Of a stretch of DNA of 64,000 nt, positions 1-9,460 are shown in pieces. The DNA lies in assembly GCA_963705505.1 (NCBI GenBank), contig CAVPJU010000003.1:24021-88020 (forward strand), in the 5' to 3' direction. The first letter of the stretch is position 1, and each line of letters begins with the position of its first letter. The notes beneath the pieces are model-generated. The model searched no databases and had not been told where the DNA came from. It saw nothing but the letters and a program-made list of their open reading frames with translations. Origin of the DNA: an uncultured bacterium. Lineage in GTDB: Bacteria > Desulfobacterota_D > UBA1144 > Nemesobacterales > UBA2774. The translations under genes were made by a program, and so were the position numbers.

Positions 1-1685
1 TGGCAATCCTTCTCCAGAGCCTGTGTGCACGCCTAGGCATCGTCGCCCGCCGCGATCTGGCTCAGGTAAACCGTGAAGAATACCCTACGTTCGTCAATAT
101 CCCGCTCTACCTCCTCGCAGAGATCGCCATCATCGCGTGCGACCTTGCGGAAGTCCTGGGCTCCGCAATCGCACTCAATCTGCTCTTCGGACTGCCGCTC
201 CTGTACGGCGTGCTGCTCACCGCTCTCGACGTATTGGTGCTCCTGATGCTGTCCCGGTTCGGCATCCGGAAGCTCGAAGCCGTAATTTTATCTTTGGTAA
301 CGACCATAAGCGTGTGTCTTCTTATCGAGATAGTGCTGGCGAAGCCCGAGTGGGGAGGGATTGTACGCGGGTTTGCTCCTTCCCTGCCTAATAAAGACGC
401 TCTGTATATTGCGATTGGTATTCTGGGCGCAACGGTTATGCCGCATAACCTTTACCTGCATTCATCTCTCGTACAGTCACGACGGATCGGAGACGACCGT
501 AAAAGCATAAAACAGGCGATCCGCTGGAACACGATAGACTCCGCTTTCGCCCTCAATATCGCCTTCTTCGTAAACGCTGCCATTCTTATCATGGCGGCTG
601 CGGTCTTCTATAAAAGCGGGCACTATGAAGTGGCGGAGATCAAGGACGCGCACCGTCTTCTGGAGCCTCTGCTCGGGGTGTCAATTGCACCAATCGCTTT
701 CGCCGTCGCTCTACTCGCTTCGGGGCAAAGCTCCACAATTACCGGGACCTTCGCCGGTCAGGTCGTCATGGAAGGGTATCTCAATCTCCGGATTCGTCCC
801 TGGCTCAGACGGTTAATCACTCGGCTTTTGGCAGTCCTGCCGGCCGCCCTGACGGTATGGTATTTCGGCGACAACTCCACGGGGTCCCTCCTCGTGCTCA
901 GTCAGGTGATGCTATCGTTACAGCTTCCTTTCGCCATTATCCCGCTCATCCATTTCGTATCCGATAAGCGCCGTATGGGTGAGTTCGCCTCTCCCCGCTG
1001 GCTAAGTTCACTTGCCTGGATTGCGGCGGCTGTTATCGTCTCACTCAATGTGAAGCTGGTCATGGATGAAATTCACGGCTGGCTCAGCGGCGCCGGAGAC
1101 CGTGCCTGGACGATTGGGCTCACCGTCGTACCTGTAAGCATTGCAGTCGGAATCCTCCTCATATATATAACTCTCCGTCCCTGGATACGGAAATTCAGGA
1201 TGCAGTGGGTGGGGGTGCACGGTCCTGCAGCAGCTCCCGATATCGAGCTTCCGACGATAGAACCCTACAGGCGCGTGGGGGTGGCCATCGATTTCTCCAG
1301 CGGAAGTATGAGACTCCTCGCGGAAGCGCAGCGCATGGCGCACAACGGCGGCACGAAGATATTTCTATTGCACGTGGTGGAAAGCCCCGCAGCGCTGGTC
1401 ATGGGGCAGGAGGCCGCCGATCAGGAGACACTGAGCGACCAGGGGCGGCTTGAGGAGCTCACACGGAAACTACGAAACATGGGATTTGATGCGGAATGGC
1501 GGTTAGGGACCGGGAACCCGGCTGCGGAGCTGGCGCGGATAATCAATGACCTCGACATCGATCTCGTGATCCTCGGCGGTCATGGTCATTCCGGCATCTC
1601 CGACATCATTCACGGTACGACGGTGGACAGTCTTCGCCACCAGATCCGCGCAAGCATCCTTGTTGTGCCGCTAAAGCAGGACTGA
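1..1685 (+). CDS. mntH: NRAMP-family divalent metal (Mn2+/Fe2+) transporter MntH with a C-terminal universal stress protein (UspA) domain. 5' partial: the reading frame is open from the window edge.
   Basis: Frame 3 is open from nt 3. Translation shows NRAMP hallmarks (GPG..., MPHNLYLHSS, 10-11 TM helices) followed by a roughly 140-aa UspA-like tail (VAIDFS..., HVVE, GGHGHSG...). There is no start codon in the window, so the gene begins upstream. Confidence 0.85.
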   Translation, partial: AILLQSLCARLGIVARRDLAQVNREEYPTFVNIPLYLLAEIAIIACDLAEVLGSAIALNLLFGLPLLYGVLLTALDVLVLLMLSRFGIRKLEAVILSLVTTISVCLLIEIVLAKPEWGGIVRGFAPSLPNKDALYIAIGILGATVMPHNLYLHSSLVQSRRIGDDRKSIKQAIRWNTIDSAFALNIAFFVNAAILIMAAAVFYKSGHYEVAEIKDAHRLLEPLLGVSIAPIAFAVALLASGQSSTITGTFAGQVVMEGYLNLRIRPWLRRLITRLLAVLPAALTVWYFGDNSTGSLLVLSQVMLSLQLPFAIIPLIHFVSDKRRMGEFASPRWLSSLAWIAAAVIVSLNVKLVMDEIHGWLSGAGDRAWTIGLTVVPVSIAVGILLIYITLRPWIRKFRMQWVGVHGPAAAPDIELPTIEPYRRVGVAIDFSSGSMRLLAEAQRMAHNGGTKIFLLHVVESPAALVMGQEAADQETLSDQGRLEELTRKLRNMGFDAEWRLGTGNPAAELARIINDLDIDLVILGGHGHSGISDIIHGTTVDSLRHQIRASILVVPLKQD

Positions 1686-1827
1686 TTTGCAATGGCAGCG
1701 CGGCGACATTACTCGGAGCCGCCGCCCGAAATCGCAGCCGGAGCTAACGCTGTAGACGATCGGATAGAGGAGCAGCCGGGAAATAGCAGAAACACAATCG
1801 TCGGCTCGGGGACGCGGTTAAAGAAAG

Positions 1828-4299
1828 CTATATGTTATTTACGATAACAGGTTTTAAAAATTCAAACACGCGCGCCCTGAACTTATCGACTTTAAAGGGT
1901 TTGGTTATAAATTCGTTTCCCGTCTCCTTAAGGAAGTCTATAGTTTCGCTGCTCGGGTCGCCCGTTATAAAAATAACCTTTTTCGCAAGACCGGGATTCA
2001 ATGCCTTGACCTCGTTATAGAAAGCGATTCCGCTCATCTTGGGCATTTTGATATCGCACACTATCAGCTCGTACCTGTTTGATGCGATCTTCTCAAGCGC
2101 TTCTTCTCCGTTCCGGGCCGAATCAATTACTATATTCTCACCCTCGAGGACACCTTTTATGAGATCGATAACTATATCTTCGTCCTCCACAATCAATATA
2201 CTCTTCCCTTGATACCTGCTGGGACTGTCGGAGGGTTCTTCTTCCTTATCGTTCCCCTGGGATTTCGCGCGTGCGAGCACCGGCAGCTCGATTACGAATG
2301 CGATCCCCCCTCCCTCCGGACTTGCAGCGTGAATCCCGCCTCCGTGCTCGTTAATGATTCCGTATGCAACGGCGAGTCCGAGCCCGGTCCCTTTCCCCGG
2401 CTCCTTCGTCGTGAAAAAGGGATCGAAAATCTTCCCTACGACTTCTTTCGGGATTCCCGGTCCGTCGTCCGTAAAAGATATTTCTATAACGCTGTCGTTC
2501 CTGGCCCTAGTCGTCACTCTCAGCTGTCCCCGGTCCCTGTATCCGCTGATCGCCTGCTCGGCATTGAGTATGATATTCGTAAACACCTGCTGAATCTGGT
2601 TGGGATCGACCATCGTTTTCGGAATCCCTCTGTCGAGGTCCGTAACCACCTCTATGTTCTCGAGCTTGAGCTGGTACTCCCTGAACTCTAAAGACTGCTC
2701 CACAAGGCTGTTTACGTCCTCATACGTCCTGAGCGGCCTGTACTTCCGTGAGAACGAGAGCAGCTTCTCTATAACCCTCGCCACCCTCTGCGCCGAGGTA
2801 TTTATGATTTCGAGCGACCTCTTCTCCTTCTCGTCGAGATCGGGCCGCATTAGGAGCCTCTGCGAATAACCCATTATAGGGGTGAGCGGGTTGTTTATCT
2901 CATGCGCTATGCTCGATACGAGCTGCCCGAGAGACGCGAGCTTCTCCGACTGTACCAGCTTCTCCTGAGCGGACTTGATCTCTTCGAGCATCTTCGCCTT
3001 CGCTATGGCAATGGCGATCTGATCGCCCATAGCCGAAAGCAGGTGCACTTCATTCTCGCTGAACCTTCGCTCCTCATAGCTTAGAAACCATATAACGCCT
3101 ATCACATCATTTCCCATAAAGATAGGTATCCCGAGCAGGCTGTGGTGTCCGAGCTCCCTCCCCGCCTGACCGATATCCCCGTCCTTCTGCGCGTCTTCTA
3201 TATTTACTATTGCCCCGCTGTTGATCACCTTCCAGGTCAATCCCCTGGGATATGGCACTTTTCCGGCTCTGTTAATATAAAATTCGGGGAAGTTCCTCCA
3301 TGCCTGGATTACCGCCTCTTTCTTCTCCTTATCCACGAGATATATCATGGCCATGTCCACGTGCTCCATATTCGTGATCATGTCGAGTGCGACATTATAA
3401 ACTTCCCGGAGGTCGAGGAACCTGTGCACCGCTTTCATCAGTGTATTCAGGGCCAGAAGCTCCTCTTCGGCTCTCTTGCGCTCGGTAATGTTGCGTGTGA
3501 TGATTACCCCGCGTATTTCTCCGTTAGCCGCAATATAAGGCTTCCCCATGCATTCGAGCCACTGATACTCGCCGGCCTTGTTCAGGCCTCTGAAAGTAGC
3601 CTTCTCGGTGGAGAGATTCGATACGGCGCGTTTAAACACCGACACGACGTTAGGCAAGTCCTCGGGATGCATGAAATCGAACGCGGTCTTCCCGAGGAGC
3701 TCCGACTGCATATAACCGGCAAGTTCCGTGCAGGCCGGATTGACGTAGAGTATCCTTCCCTCGGAGTCCACCTCGTATATAAGATCGTAGCTGTTCTCCA
3801 CGATTGTCCGGTATTTTTTCTCACTCTCTATGAGTGCCTCTTCCGCCTGCCGTATCCTCGTTATATCGCGGAACACCACCACCACACCCCTGAATTCCGT
3901 CCGTTCGTATCGTACAGGGGCAAAGCTTGCGGAGATGAAGCGAGTCGAGCCTTCCCGTGTGAGGAGGACAGTGTCCCTAGGGAGTCCGAGCTTCTCTCCC
4001 GTTTCGAGAACCTCTTTAGCCGGCGCGATGAGACTTTCGCGGTTACCGTTTTTATAAAGACGGAGGACTTCCTCGAGCTGCTTCCCCACTGCTTCTTCAC
4101 TGCTCCAGCCTGTCAGCTCCCCGGCTTTCGTGTTAGTCAGGATTATTTTCCGGTCTCCGTCGGCAATTATGACGCCGTCGCCGATACTGCGGAAGATTAA
4201 AGAGAGCTCCTCGTCCGATTCCTCGTATCCTGAGACCTTGCGACGAAGCTCCGCCAGTTCGCTGATGAGCTGCTTCTTTGTCTTGGCTTCGTCTCTCAT
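1828..4299 (-). CDS. Hybrid sensor histidine kinase/response regulator (PAS-PAS-GAF-HisKA-HATPase_c plus a C-terminal receiver domain)
   Basis: The 834-aa ORF has PAS-like segments, a GAF-like region, an H-box (HEINNPLT), N/G1/G2 ATPase motifs (GTGLGLAV) and a C-terminal CheY-like domain (ILIVEDE...DIKMP). The ATG at 4299 (M12 of the ORF) is preceded by GGAGGG with a 7-nt spacer, so I prefer it over the ATG at 4332. Confidence 0.85.
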   Translation of the reverse strand: MRDEAKTKKQLISELAELRRKVSGYEESDEELSLIFRSIGDGVIIADGDRKIILTNTKAGELTGWSSEEAVGKQLEEVLRLYKNGNRESLIAPAKEVLETGEKLGLPRDTVLLTREGSTRFISASFAPVRYERTEFRGVVVVFRDITRIRQAEEALIESEKKYRTIVENSYDLIYEVDSEGRILYVNPACTELAGYMQSELLGKTAFDFMHPEDLPNVVSVFKRAVSNLSTEKATFRGLNKAGEYQWLECMGKPYIAANGEIRGVIITRNITERKRAEEELLALNTLMKAVHRFLDLREVYNVALDMITNMEHVDMAMIYLVDKEKKEAVIQAWRNFPEFYINRAGKVPYPRGLTWKVINSGAIVNIEDAQKDGDIGQAGRELGHHSLLGIPIFMGNDVIGVIWFLSYEERRFSENEVHLLSAMGDQIAIAIAKAKMLEEIKSAQEKLVQSEKLASLGQLVSSIAHEINNPLTPIMGYSQRLLMRPDLDEKEKRSLEIINTSAQRVARVIEKLLSFSRKYRPLRTYEDVNSLVEQSLEFREYQLKLENIEVVTDLDRGIPKTMVDPNQIQQVFTNIILNAEQAISGYRDRGQLRVTTRARNDSVIEISFTDDGPGIPKEVVGKIFDPFFTTKEPGKGTGLGLAVAYGIINEHGGGIHAASPEGGGIAFVIELPVLARAKSQGNDKEEEPSDSPSRYQGKSILIVEDEDIVIDLIKGVLEGENIVIDSARNGEEALEKIASNRYELIVCDIKMPKMSGIAFYNEVKALNPGLAKKVIFITGDPSSETIDFLKETGNEFITKPFKVDKFRARVFEFLKPVIVNNI

Positions 4300-4702
4300 T
4301 AATTGCCCTCCGACGTTCAGTCGAACAAACATATTCTTGTGCTTTGCGGACCTGCCCGCGCAGGGAGCAGAATGTTTCTGAAATTATTGGGTCTCTCCGG
4401 GACTCACAGGCATTCTTGCCGCCGGACTAAGCGATAAATACATATAGCGGGCATAGTTAGATATCAGCTCCCGGTTATCCTTGCGCACGGGTGTCTCGTC
4501 TTAATTATTAGTGCACTTACTCGGTTGTGTAAATAGAGATTAAAAATTTGAACGAAAGCAAAAAGAACGGGGACACGCCCGAACCATATATGAATTTCAT
4601 GTTAAACTTATAATTAATAGATGACACCGGACGGATATTGATATATCCTTCTATAAAAATAATAAATTTTGATTATATATTACGGGTAAAGGAGAGCGCC
4701 AG

Positions 4703-4927
4703 ATGGCGACCAAAAAGGAAGCAGCCCCTAAAAAGACTGCAAGCAAAAAGGTAGCGACCCCCAAGACCGCGAGCAAGAAATCCACATCGGCTAAGGAATC
4801 CGTGCGGGACAAAATCGCCAGAGTTGCATACGAGCTTTACGAGAAAAGCGGATACGTTCACGGACGGGACGCCGAACACTGGTTCGAAGCCGAGATAATT
4901 GTATTGGGCAAGAAGAAGAATAAGTAA
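4703..4927 (+). CDS. DUF2934-family small protein with a lysine/alanine-rich histone-H1-like N-terminal tail
   Basis: RBS AAAGGAGAG lies 6 nt upstream of the ATG. The C-terminal motif ARVAYELYEKSGYVHGRDAEHWFEAE matches the DUF2934 signature (YE.WE..G.P.G.D...W..AE). The N-terminus is AKKT repeats. Confidence 0.65.
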   Translation: MATKKEAAPKKTASKKVATPKTASKKSTSAKESVRDKIARVAYELYEKSGYVHGRDAEHWFEAEIIVLGKKKNK

Positions 4928-5396
4928 AACTCACATCGATTCCCAAGGGTCACGGGTCTTCGGTTTCACCGGTTTTTCCAATTCATAAATCTCATCACAG
5001 GCGAACGCATCGGTCCGCAGCGGAAGCATCCGCCGTCTAAACAGGCAACGGCTGGGACACCGCACGGCTCATGCCGCTCCATAGGCCGAACTGCATACAG
5101 TGGTATCACGATTAATAACCCGACTTATATTCTTTCCATAAAAGATGCTATGATTACTTTGCCCGATTAACCGACTCCACTTCCTGACATGCGGAGTGAT
5201 AATAAATAATCGGGTATTCATCAGTAGCTGTCGGCGCTGTAAAATAATACACACAGTGCGTGATGTCCGCGCGTATCCGGGCACACGGGAAATGACGACA
5301 CGAAAATAAGAGAGGAGGATATAAGGGCTTAGACATCCGGACGTCCCTGAGACCGGGCGCCGGTCGAACCCCGGCAGACGCCGAGCCCCTATCACC

Positions 5397-8075
5397 ATGA
5401 GTACAGGAATCAAACTCACGGCAGAAGAGAAGAGACTGAGAGAGGACCAGGAGAAAAAGGCGTACTGGAAGAAGTGGGGACCCTACTTGAGCGAAAGGCA
5501 GTGGGGGACCGTAAGGGAGGACTACAGCCCCGGGGGCACGGCGTGGGAATACCTGCCCCACGACCACGCCCGCTCGCGCGCATACAGGTGGGGGGAGGAC
5601 GGTATCGCAGGCATCTCCGACAACCACCAGAGGCTCTGTTTCGCGATCGCCCTCTGGAACGGGCACGACCCGATACTGAAGGAGAGGCTCTTCGGGCTCA
5701 CGGGCGACGAAGGCAACCACGGCGAGGACGTCAAGGAATATTACTATTATCTCGATAACACCCCGTCCCACGCTTACATGAAGTGCCTCTACAAATACCC
5801 TCACAGGGCTTACCCGTATGACGAACTCGTCGAGGTGAATAAAAAGAGGAGCCGTGACGACCCCGAGTACGAGCTCATAGATACGGGCGTGTTCGACGAA
5901 GACCGGTACTTCGACGTGTTCGTCGAGTACGCGAAGAAGTCCCCCGAAGATATCCTCATTCTCATTACCGTTGCAAACAGAGGGCCCGCTGAAGCCGTGC
6001 TCCACCTCCTCCCCACGCTCTGGTTCAGGAACACATGGTCATGGAAGGGAGGGGAAAAACCCTCTCTCCGGTACGCGGAGTCGGAAGAAAAATTAAAGGT
6101 GATAGAAGCCTCGCACCCCGCGTTCGGCAAGATGTGGTTCTACTGCGACAATCCGGGAGGGCTGCTCTTCACGGAAAACGAAACGAATTTCGAGAGGGTT
6201 TTCGGCTCGCCGAACGAATGCCCCTATGTAAAAGACGGCATCAACGACTGCATAGTCGGGGGCAGGGAGAGCGCCGTCAACAGCAAATGCACGGGGACAA
6301 AGGTGTCCGCCCATTACACCCTTACTATACCGCCGGGAAAATCCCAGACGGTTAAGCTCAGGCTTTCGGACACGATAAACCTGATTGACCCCTTCGGAAA
6401 ACTCTACGATACCGTCTTCGCGAAACGGAAGAAGGAAGCGGACGAGTTTTACAGGAGGGTCTGCCCGTACACGCTGCCGGAGGACCTCGGGAGCATACAG
6501 AGACAGGCGTTCGCCGGGATGCTCTGGACGAAGCAGTTCTATTACTACGTAGTCGAAGACTGGCTTAACGGAGACCCGCTCGACCCCCCTCCTCCAGAGT
6601 CGAGGAAGCAGGGAAGGAACCACAACTGGATACACCTCTACAACGAAGACATTCTCTCCATGCCCGACAAGTGGGAATACCCCTGGTTCGCCGCATGGGA
6701 CCTCGCCTTTCATACCGTAACGTTTTCGCTCATCGACCCCGATTTCGCCAAGCGCCAGCTCATGCTCCTCACGAGGGAATGGTATATGCACCCGAACGGC
6801 CAGATACCCGCTTACGAGTGGGCGTTCAGCGACGTGAACCCCCCCGTCCACGCGTGGGCCGCATGGAGGGTATACAACATCGAGCACAAGATGTTCGGGA
6901 GGAAAGACATCCATTTCCTGGAAAGGGTGTTTCAAAAACTCCTCCTCAACTTCACGTGGTGGGTCAACAGAAAGGACGCGGAGGGAAAGAACGTGTTCGA
7001 GGGAGGGTTCCTCGGACTCGACAACATAGGGGTCTTCGACAGGAACGCGAAGCTCCCCTCGGGAGTGATACTCGAGCAGGCTGACGGCACGAGCTGGATG
7101 GGGATGTATTGCCTCAATATGCTTGCTATAGCGATCGAGCTCGCGAAGCACAATGCGAGCTATGAAGACATAGCAAGCAAGTTCTTCGAGCACTTCCTCT
7201 ACATCGCTAGGGCGATAAACCTCCCCGAAAGGGGACACGACGGTCTCTGGGACGACGAAGACCAGTTCTACTACGACGTGCTCCACCTCCCCAACGGAAA
7301 CCACCTCCCCTTGAAGGTGCGCTCCATGGTGGGCCTCATACCGCTCTACGCGATAGAGACGATCGAGCCCGATGTGCTCGTGAAGCTCAAGGGGTTCAGG
7401 CAGAGAATGGAGTGGTTTATAGAGAACAGGCCGGACCTCGGGGAGAACGTCGCGTCCATGGAAGAAAAGGGTGTGGGCGAGAGAAGACTGCTTTCTATCG
7501 TCGATCAGGACAAGCTGAGACAGATACTGAGAAAGATGCTCGACGAGAATGAGTTCCTGAGCCCCTACGGCATACGCGCTCTCTCGAAATACCACAGGGA
7601 CAGCCCTTATGAGTTCCGCGTCGCCGAATACGACTACACAGTGGCGTACGAGCCCGCGGAATCGACGAGCGGACTCTTCGGAGGGAACTCCAACTGGAGG
7701 GGGCCAATATGGTTCCCCGTGAACTTCCTCCTGATCGAGTCGCTGCAGAAATTCCACTACTACCTGGGGGACAGCTACAAGGTCGAATGCCCGACCGGGT
7801 CGGGGAAGTATATGACCCTCTGGGAGGTGGCTAAGGAGATATCCCACAGGCTCGTCAGGATATTCAAGAAGGACGAGTCCGGAAGGAGGGCCGTTTACGG
7901 GGGCACAGAGAAATTCCAGACGGATCCGTACTGGAGCAGCTACATAAATTTCTACGAGTACTTTCACGGGGACAACGGCGCGGGCATAGGCGCGAGCCAT
8001 CAGACGGGCTGGACCGGAATCGTAGGCAAGCTCATCCGTCAGTCGGGGGAATACGGCACAATAGACGAAATATAA
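5397..8075 (+). CDS. Large cytoplasmic six-hairpin (alpha/alpha)6 glycoside hydrolase, GH63-like (MOGS/YgjK/mannosylglycerate-hydrolase superfamily)
   Basis: The 892-aa ORF has coding-type periodicity throughout, a conserved N-terminal [18 protein letters not shown] block, and a C-terminal catalytic-domain pattern ([28 protein letters not shown]) typical of GH63/GH37-like six-hairpin glycosidases. The exact substrate cannot be assigned. Confidence 0.6.
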   Translation: MSTGIKLTAEEKRLREDQEKKAYWKKWGPYLSERQWGTVREDYSPGGTAWEYLPHDHARSRAYRWGEDGIAGISDNHQRLCFAIALWNGHDPILKERLFGLTGDEGNHGEDVKEYYYYLDNTPSHAYMKCLYKYPHRAYPYDELVEVNKKRSRDDPEYELIDTGVFDEDRYFDVFVEYAKKSPEDILILITVANRGPAEAVLHLLPTLWFRNTWSWKGGEKPSLRYAESEEKLKVIEASHPAFGKMWFYCDNPGGLLFTENETNFERVFGSPNECPYVKDGINDCIVGGRESAVNSKCTGTKVSAHYTLTIPPGKSQTVKLRLSDTINLIDPFGKLYDTVFAKRKKEADEFYRRVCPYTLPEDLGSIQRQAFAGMLWTKQFYYYVVEDWLNGDPLDPPPPESRKQGRNHNWIHLYNEDILSMPDKWEYPWFAAWDLAFHTVTFSLIDPDFAKRQLMLLTREWYMHPNGQIPAYEWAFSDVNPPVHAWAAWRVYNIEHKMFGRKDIHFLERVFQKLLLNFTWWVNRKDAEGKNVFEGGFLGLDNIGVFDRNAKLPSGVILEQADGTSWMGMYCLNMLAIAIELAKHNASYEDIASKFFEHFLYIARAINLPERGHDGLWDDEDQFYYDVLHLPNGNHLPLKVRSMVGLIPLYAIETIEPDVLVKLKGFRQRMEWFIENRPDLGENVASMEEKGVGERRLLSIVDQDKLRQILRKMLDENEFLSPYGIRALSKYHRDSPYEFRVAEYDYTVAYEPAESTSGLFGGNSNWRGPIWFPVNFLLIESLQKFHYYLGDSYKVECPTGSGKYMTLWEVAKEISHRLVRIFKKDESGRRAVYGGTEKFQTDPYWSSYINFYEYFHGDNGAGIGASHQTGWTGIVGKLIRQSGEYGTIDEI

Positions 8076-8093
8076 TTCTTAAATATATTTAGC

Positions 8094-8122
8094 TTGACAA
8101 ATTAAGACTCATCCTTTATATT
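8094..8122 (+). promoter_or_regulatory. Sigma70-type promoter (TTGACA-N17-TATATT) in the GH63/trhO intergenic region; would drive the sRNA candidate
   Basis: Consensus -35 TTGACA at 8094-8099, a 17-nt spacer, and -10 TATATT at 8117-8122, read directly from the sequence. Confidence 0.4.
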
Positions 8123-8129
8123 AATAATG

Positions 8130-8220
8130 AAAGTTAAGTAACGCACTTAAAATCATCCTCCATCCTCCTTTAAAGAAGAGAGGGAACACTTCCGAAAATG
8201 AGTGTTCCCTCTTTTTCTTT
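8130..8220 (+). ncRNA. Candidate small RNA (about 90 nt) bounded by the promoter above and an intrinsic terminator; contains a CCUCCU anti-Shine-Dalgarno motif
   Basis: Predicted TSS is about 7 nt after the -10. No ORF longer than 5 codons. CCATCCTCCTTT at 8158-8169 is complementary to an AAGGAGG RBS. The element ends in a GC-rich hairpin plus T-run at 8176-8220. Confidence 0.3.
8176..8220 (+). terminator. Rho-independent terminator (13-bp stem AAGAGAGGGAACACT / AGTGTTCCCTCTT, followed by TTTTTCTTT)
   Basis: A perfect inverted repeat followed by a T-rich run. It could also act as the terminator of the upstream GH63 gene. Confidence 0.55.
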
Positions 8221-8259
8221 AGTTATGCGTCTCGGATTCAGGCAAGTACCCGCCACGGA

Positions 8260-8287
8260 TTGAAAAATCCAAAGAACCGCTTATAAT
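8260..8287 (+). promoter_or_regulatory. Sigma70-type promoter for trhO (TTGAAA-N16-TATAAT)
   Basis: -35 TTGAAA at 8260-8265, a 16-nt spacer, and consensus -10 TATAAT at 8282-8287, about 65 nt upstream of the trhO ATG. Confidence 0.5.
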
Positions 8288-8351
8288 TCTGTTCTGCGTC
8301 GATCAGACGCTATTTCAGTGAAATCCAGAATATGCACTCGATAAAAACACG

Positions 8352-9263
8352 ATGAACCACGTACTCATAATCCTCTTCTATAAATTTACCGACATAGCCG
8401 ACCCCGAGGGGTTCGCGGCAGGGCAGAGGGAGTTCTGCGAAAAAGAGGGGCTCCTGGGGAAGATACTCGTCGCCAGAGAGGGGATAAACGGCTCTTTTTC
8501 CGGATCACGGGAGCAGATAGAGGGCTATAAAATGTTCCTTACCGCCATACCGGGGTTCTCCGACATTACGTTCAAGGAAGAGAGCGCATCCGCGCACCCG
8601 TTCAAGAAGCTCATTATACGTGTCAAGAAAGAGATAATACGCATGGAGCAGGACCTCGACATGAGCAGGAGGGGCAAGTATATAACCCCTGAAGAGCTCA
8701 TCGCGCTCTATGAGAGCGGCGAGGACTTCATAGTACTCGACACGAGGAACAGATATGAATCGGAGGTAGGGAGGTTCAGGAACGCCGTAACCCCCGACAT
8801 AGATTCGTTCCGCGAATTCCCCGAAGCGCTTCAGAAACTGAGCGACAAAAAGAACAGGAAAATCGTGACCTACTGTACGGGCGGGATAAGGTGCGAGAAG
8901 GCCACCGCATACATGATAAGCCGCGGGTTCACGGACGTCTACCAGCTGAAGGACGGCATAATCAACTTCTGTCAGCAGTACCCGAATACGTTCTGGGAAG
9001 GGAAGTGCTTCGTATTCGACGAGCGGCTCGTCTCCGACATCGAAGCGGAGGGTGAAATTATTTCCCGCTGTATAGCGTGCGGGGAGAGCTCGGACCGCTA
9101 TCAGAACTGCAGAAACCCCTTGTGCGACGATCTGGTTATACTGTGCGGGAGATGCAGCGAAGAGCTTGGAGGCTGCTGTTCACGGGAATGCTCGAATGAC
9201 TACGAATCCTATATACTGAGGAAATCCCGCGAGAGGCAGGGGTACAAATCGAGAGCGGGCTGA
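8352..9263 (+). CDS. trhO: tRNA uridine(34) hydroxylase TrhO (rhodanese-domain protein, UPF0176/YceA family)
   Basis: N-terminal IL(F)YKF...EGINGS family block and a central rhodanese active-site loop C-TGGIRCEKA. The C-terminus is a Cys-rich zinc ribbon (CIACG...C...CDD). Confidence 0.8.
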   Translation: MNHVLIILFYKFTDIADPEGFAAGQREFCEKEGLLGKILVAREGINGSFSGSREQIEGYKMFLTAIPGFSDITFKEESASAHPFKKLIIRVKKEIIRMEQDLDMSRRGKYITPEELIALYESGEDFIVLDTRNRYESEVGRFRNAVTPDIDSFREFPEALQKLSDKKNRKIVTYCTGGIRCEKATAYMISRGFTDVYQLKDGIINFCQQYPNTFWEGKCFVFDERLVSDIEAEGEIISRCIACGESSDRYQNCRNPLCDDLVILCGRCSEELGGCCSRECSNDYESYILRKSRERQGYKSRAG

Positions 9264-9272
9264 TACGATTTA

Positions 9273-9362
9273 TCAGTCCTTGATATTCTTCGCCTTGAGA
9301 AGAAGAAGCAGCACGAAAGCCAGAAGGAACAGCGCATATAAAACGGGGGCAAGAAGCTCCAT
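9273..9362 (-). CDS. Possible 29-aa hydrophobic micro-protein (MELLAPVLYALFLLAFVLLLLLKAKNIKD)
   Basis: ATG preceded by a strong AGGAGGGAG Shine-Dalgarno, though the spacer is long (14 nt). One predicted TM helix with a basic C-terminus. The supplied ORF track has a 60-aa floor, so it is not listed there. Confidence 0.3.
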   Translation of the reverse strand: MELLAPVLYALFLLAFVLLLLLKAKNIKD

Positions 9363-9460
9363 ATCCGTTTAAATTACTCCCTCCTGTTTCAGATTTAAAA
9401 ACCTCGGGGACCCTTCGTGTCGTCTCCGGGCCCCCGTCGGAACCTTATTTCTTATCCCTA

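Noticed and set aside
3142-4200. 352-aa plus-strand ORF inside the histidine kinase gene
   Set aside because: It is antisense to a gene with a clear HisKA/HATPase/REC domain series. It has no RBS and an unnatural composition.
5154-8000. Long antisense ORFs (for example 5154-6005 and 6093-8000) overlapping the GH63 gene
   Set aside because: These are typical high-GC antisense shadow ORFs. They have no RBS, show Arg/Pro/Gly-rich low-complexity translations, and each is fully contained in the better-supported opposite-strand gene.
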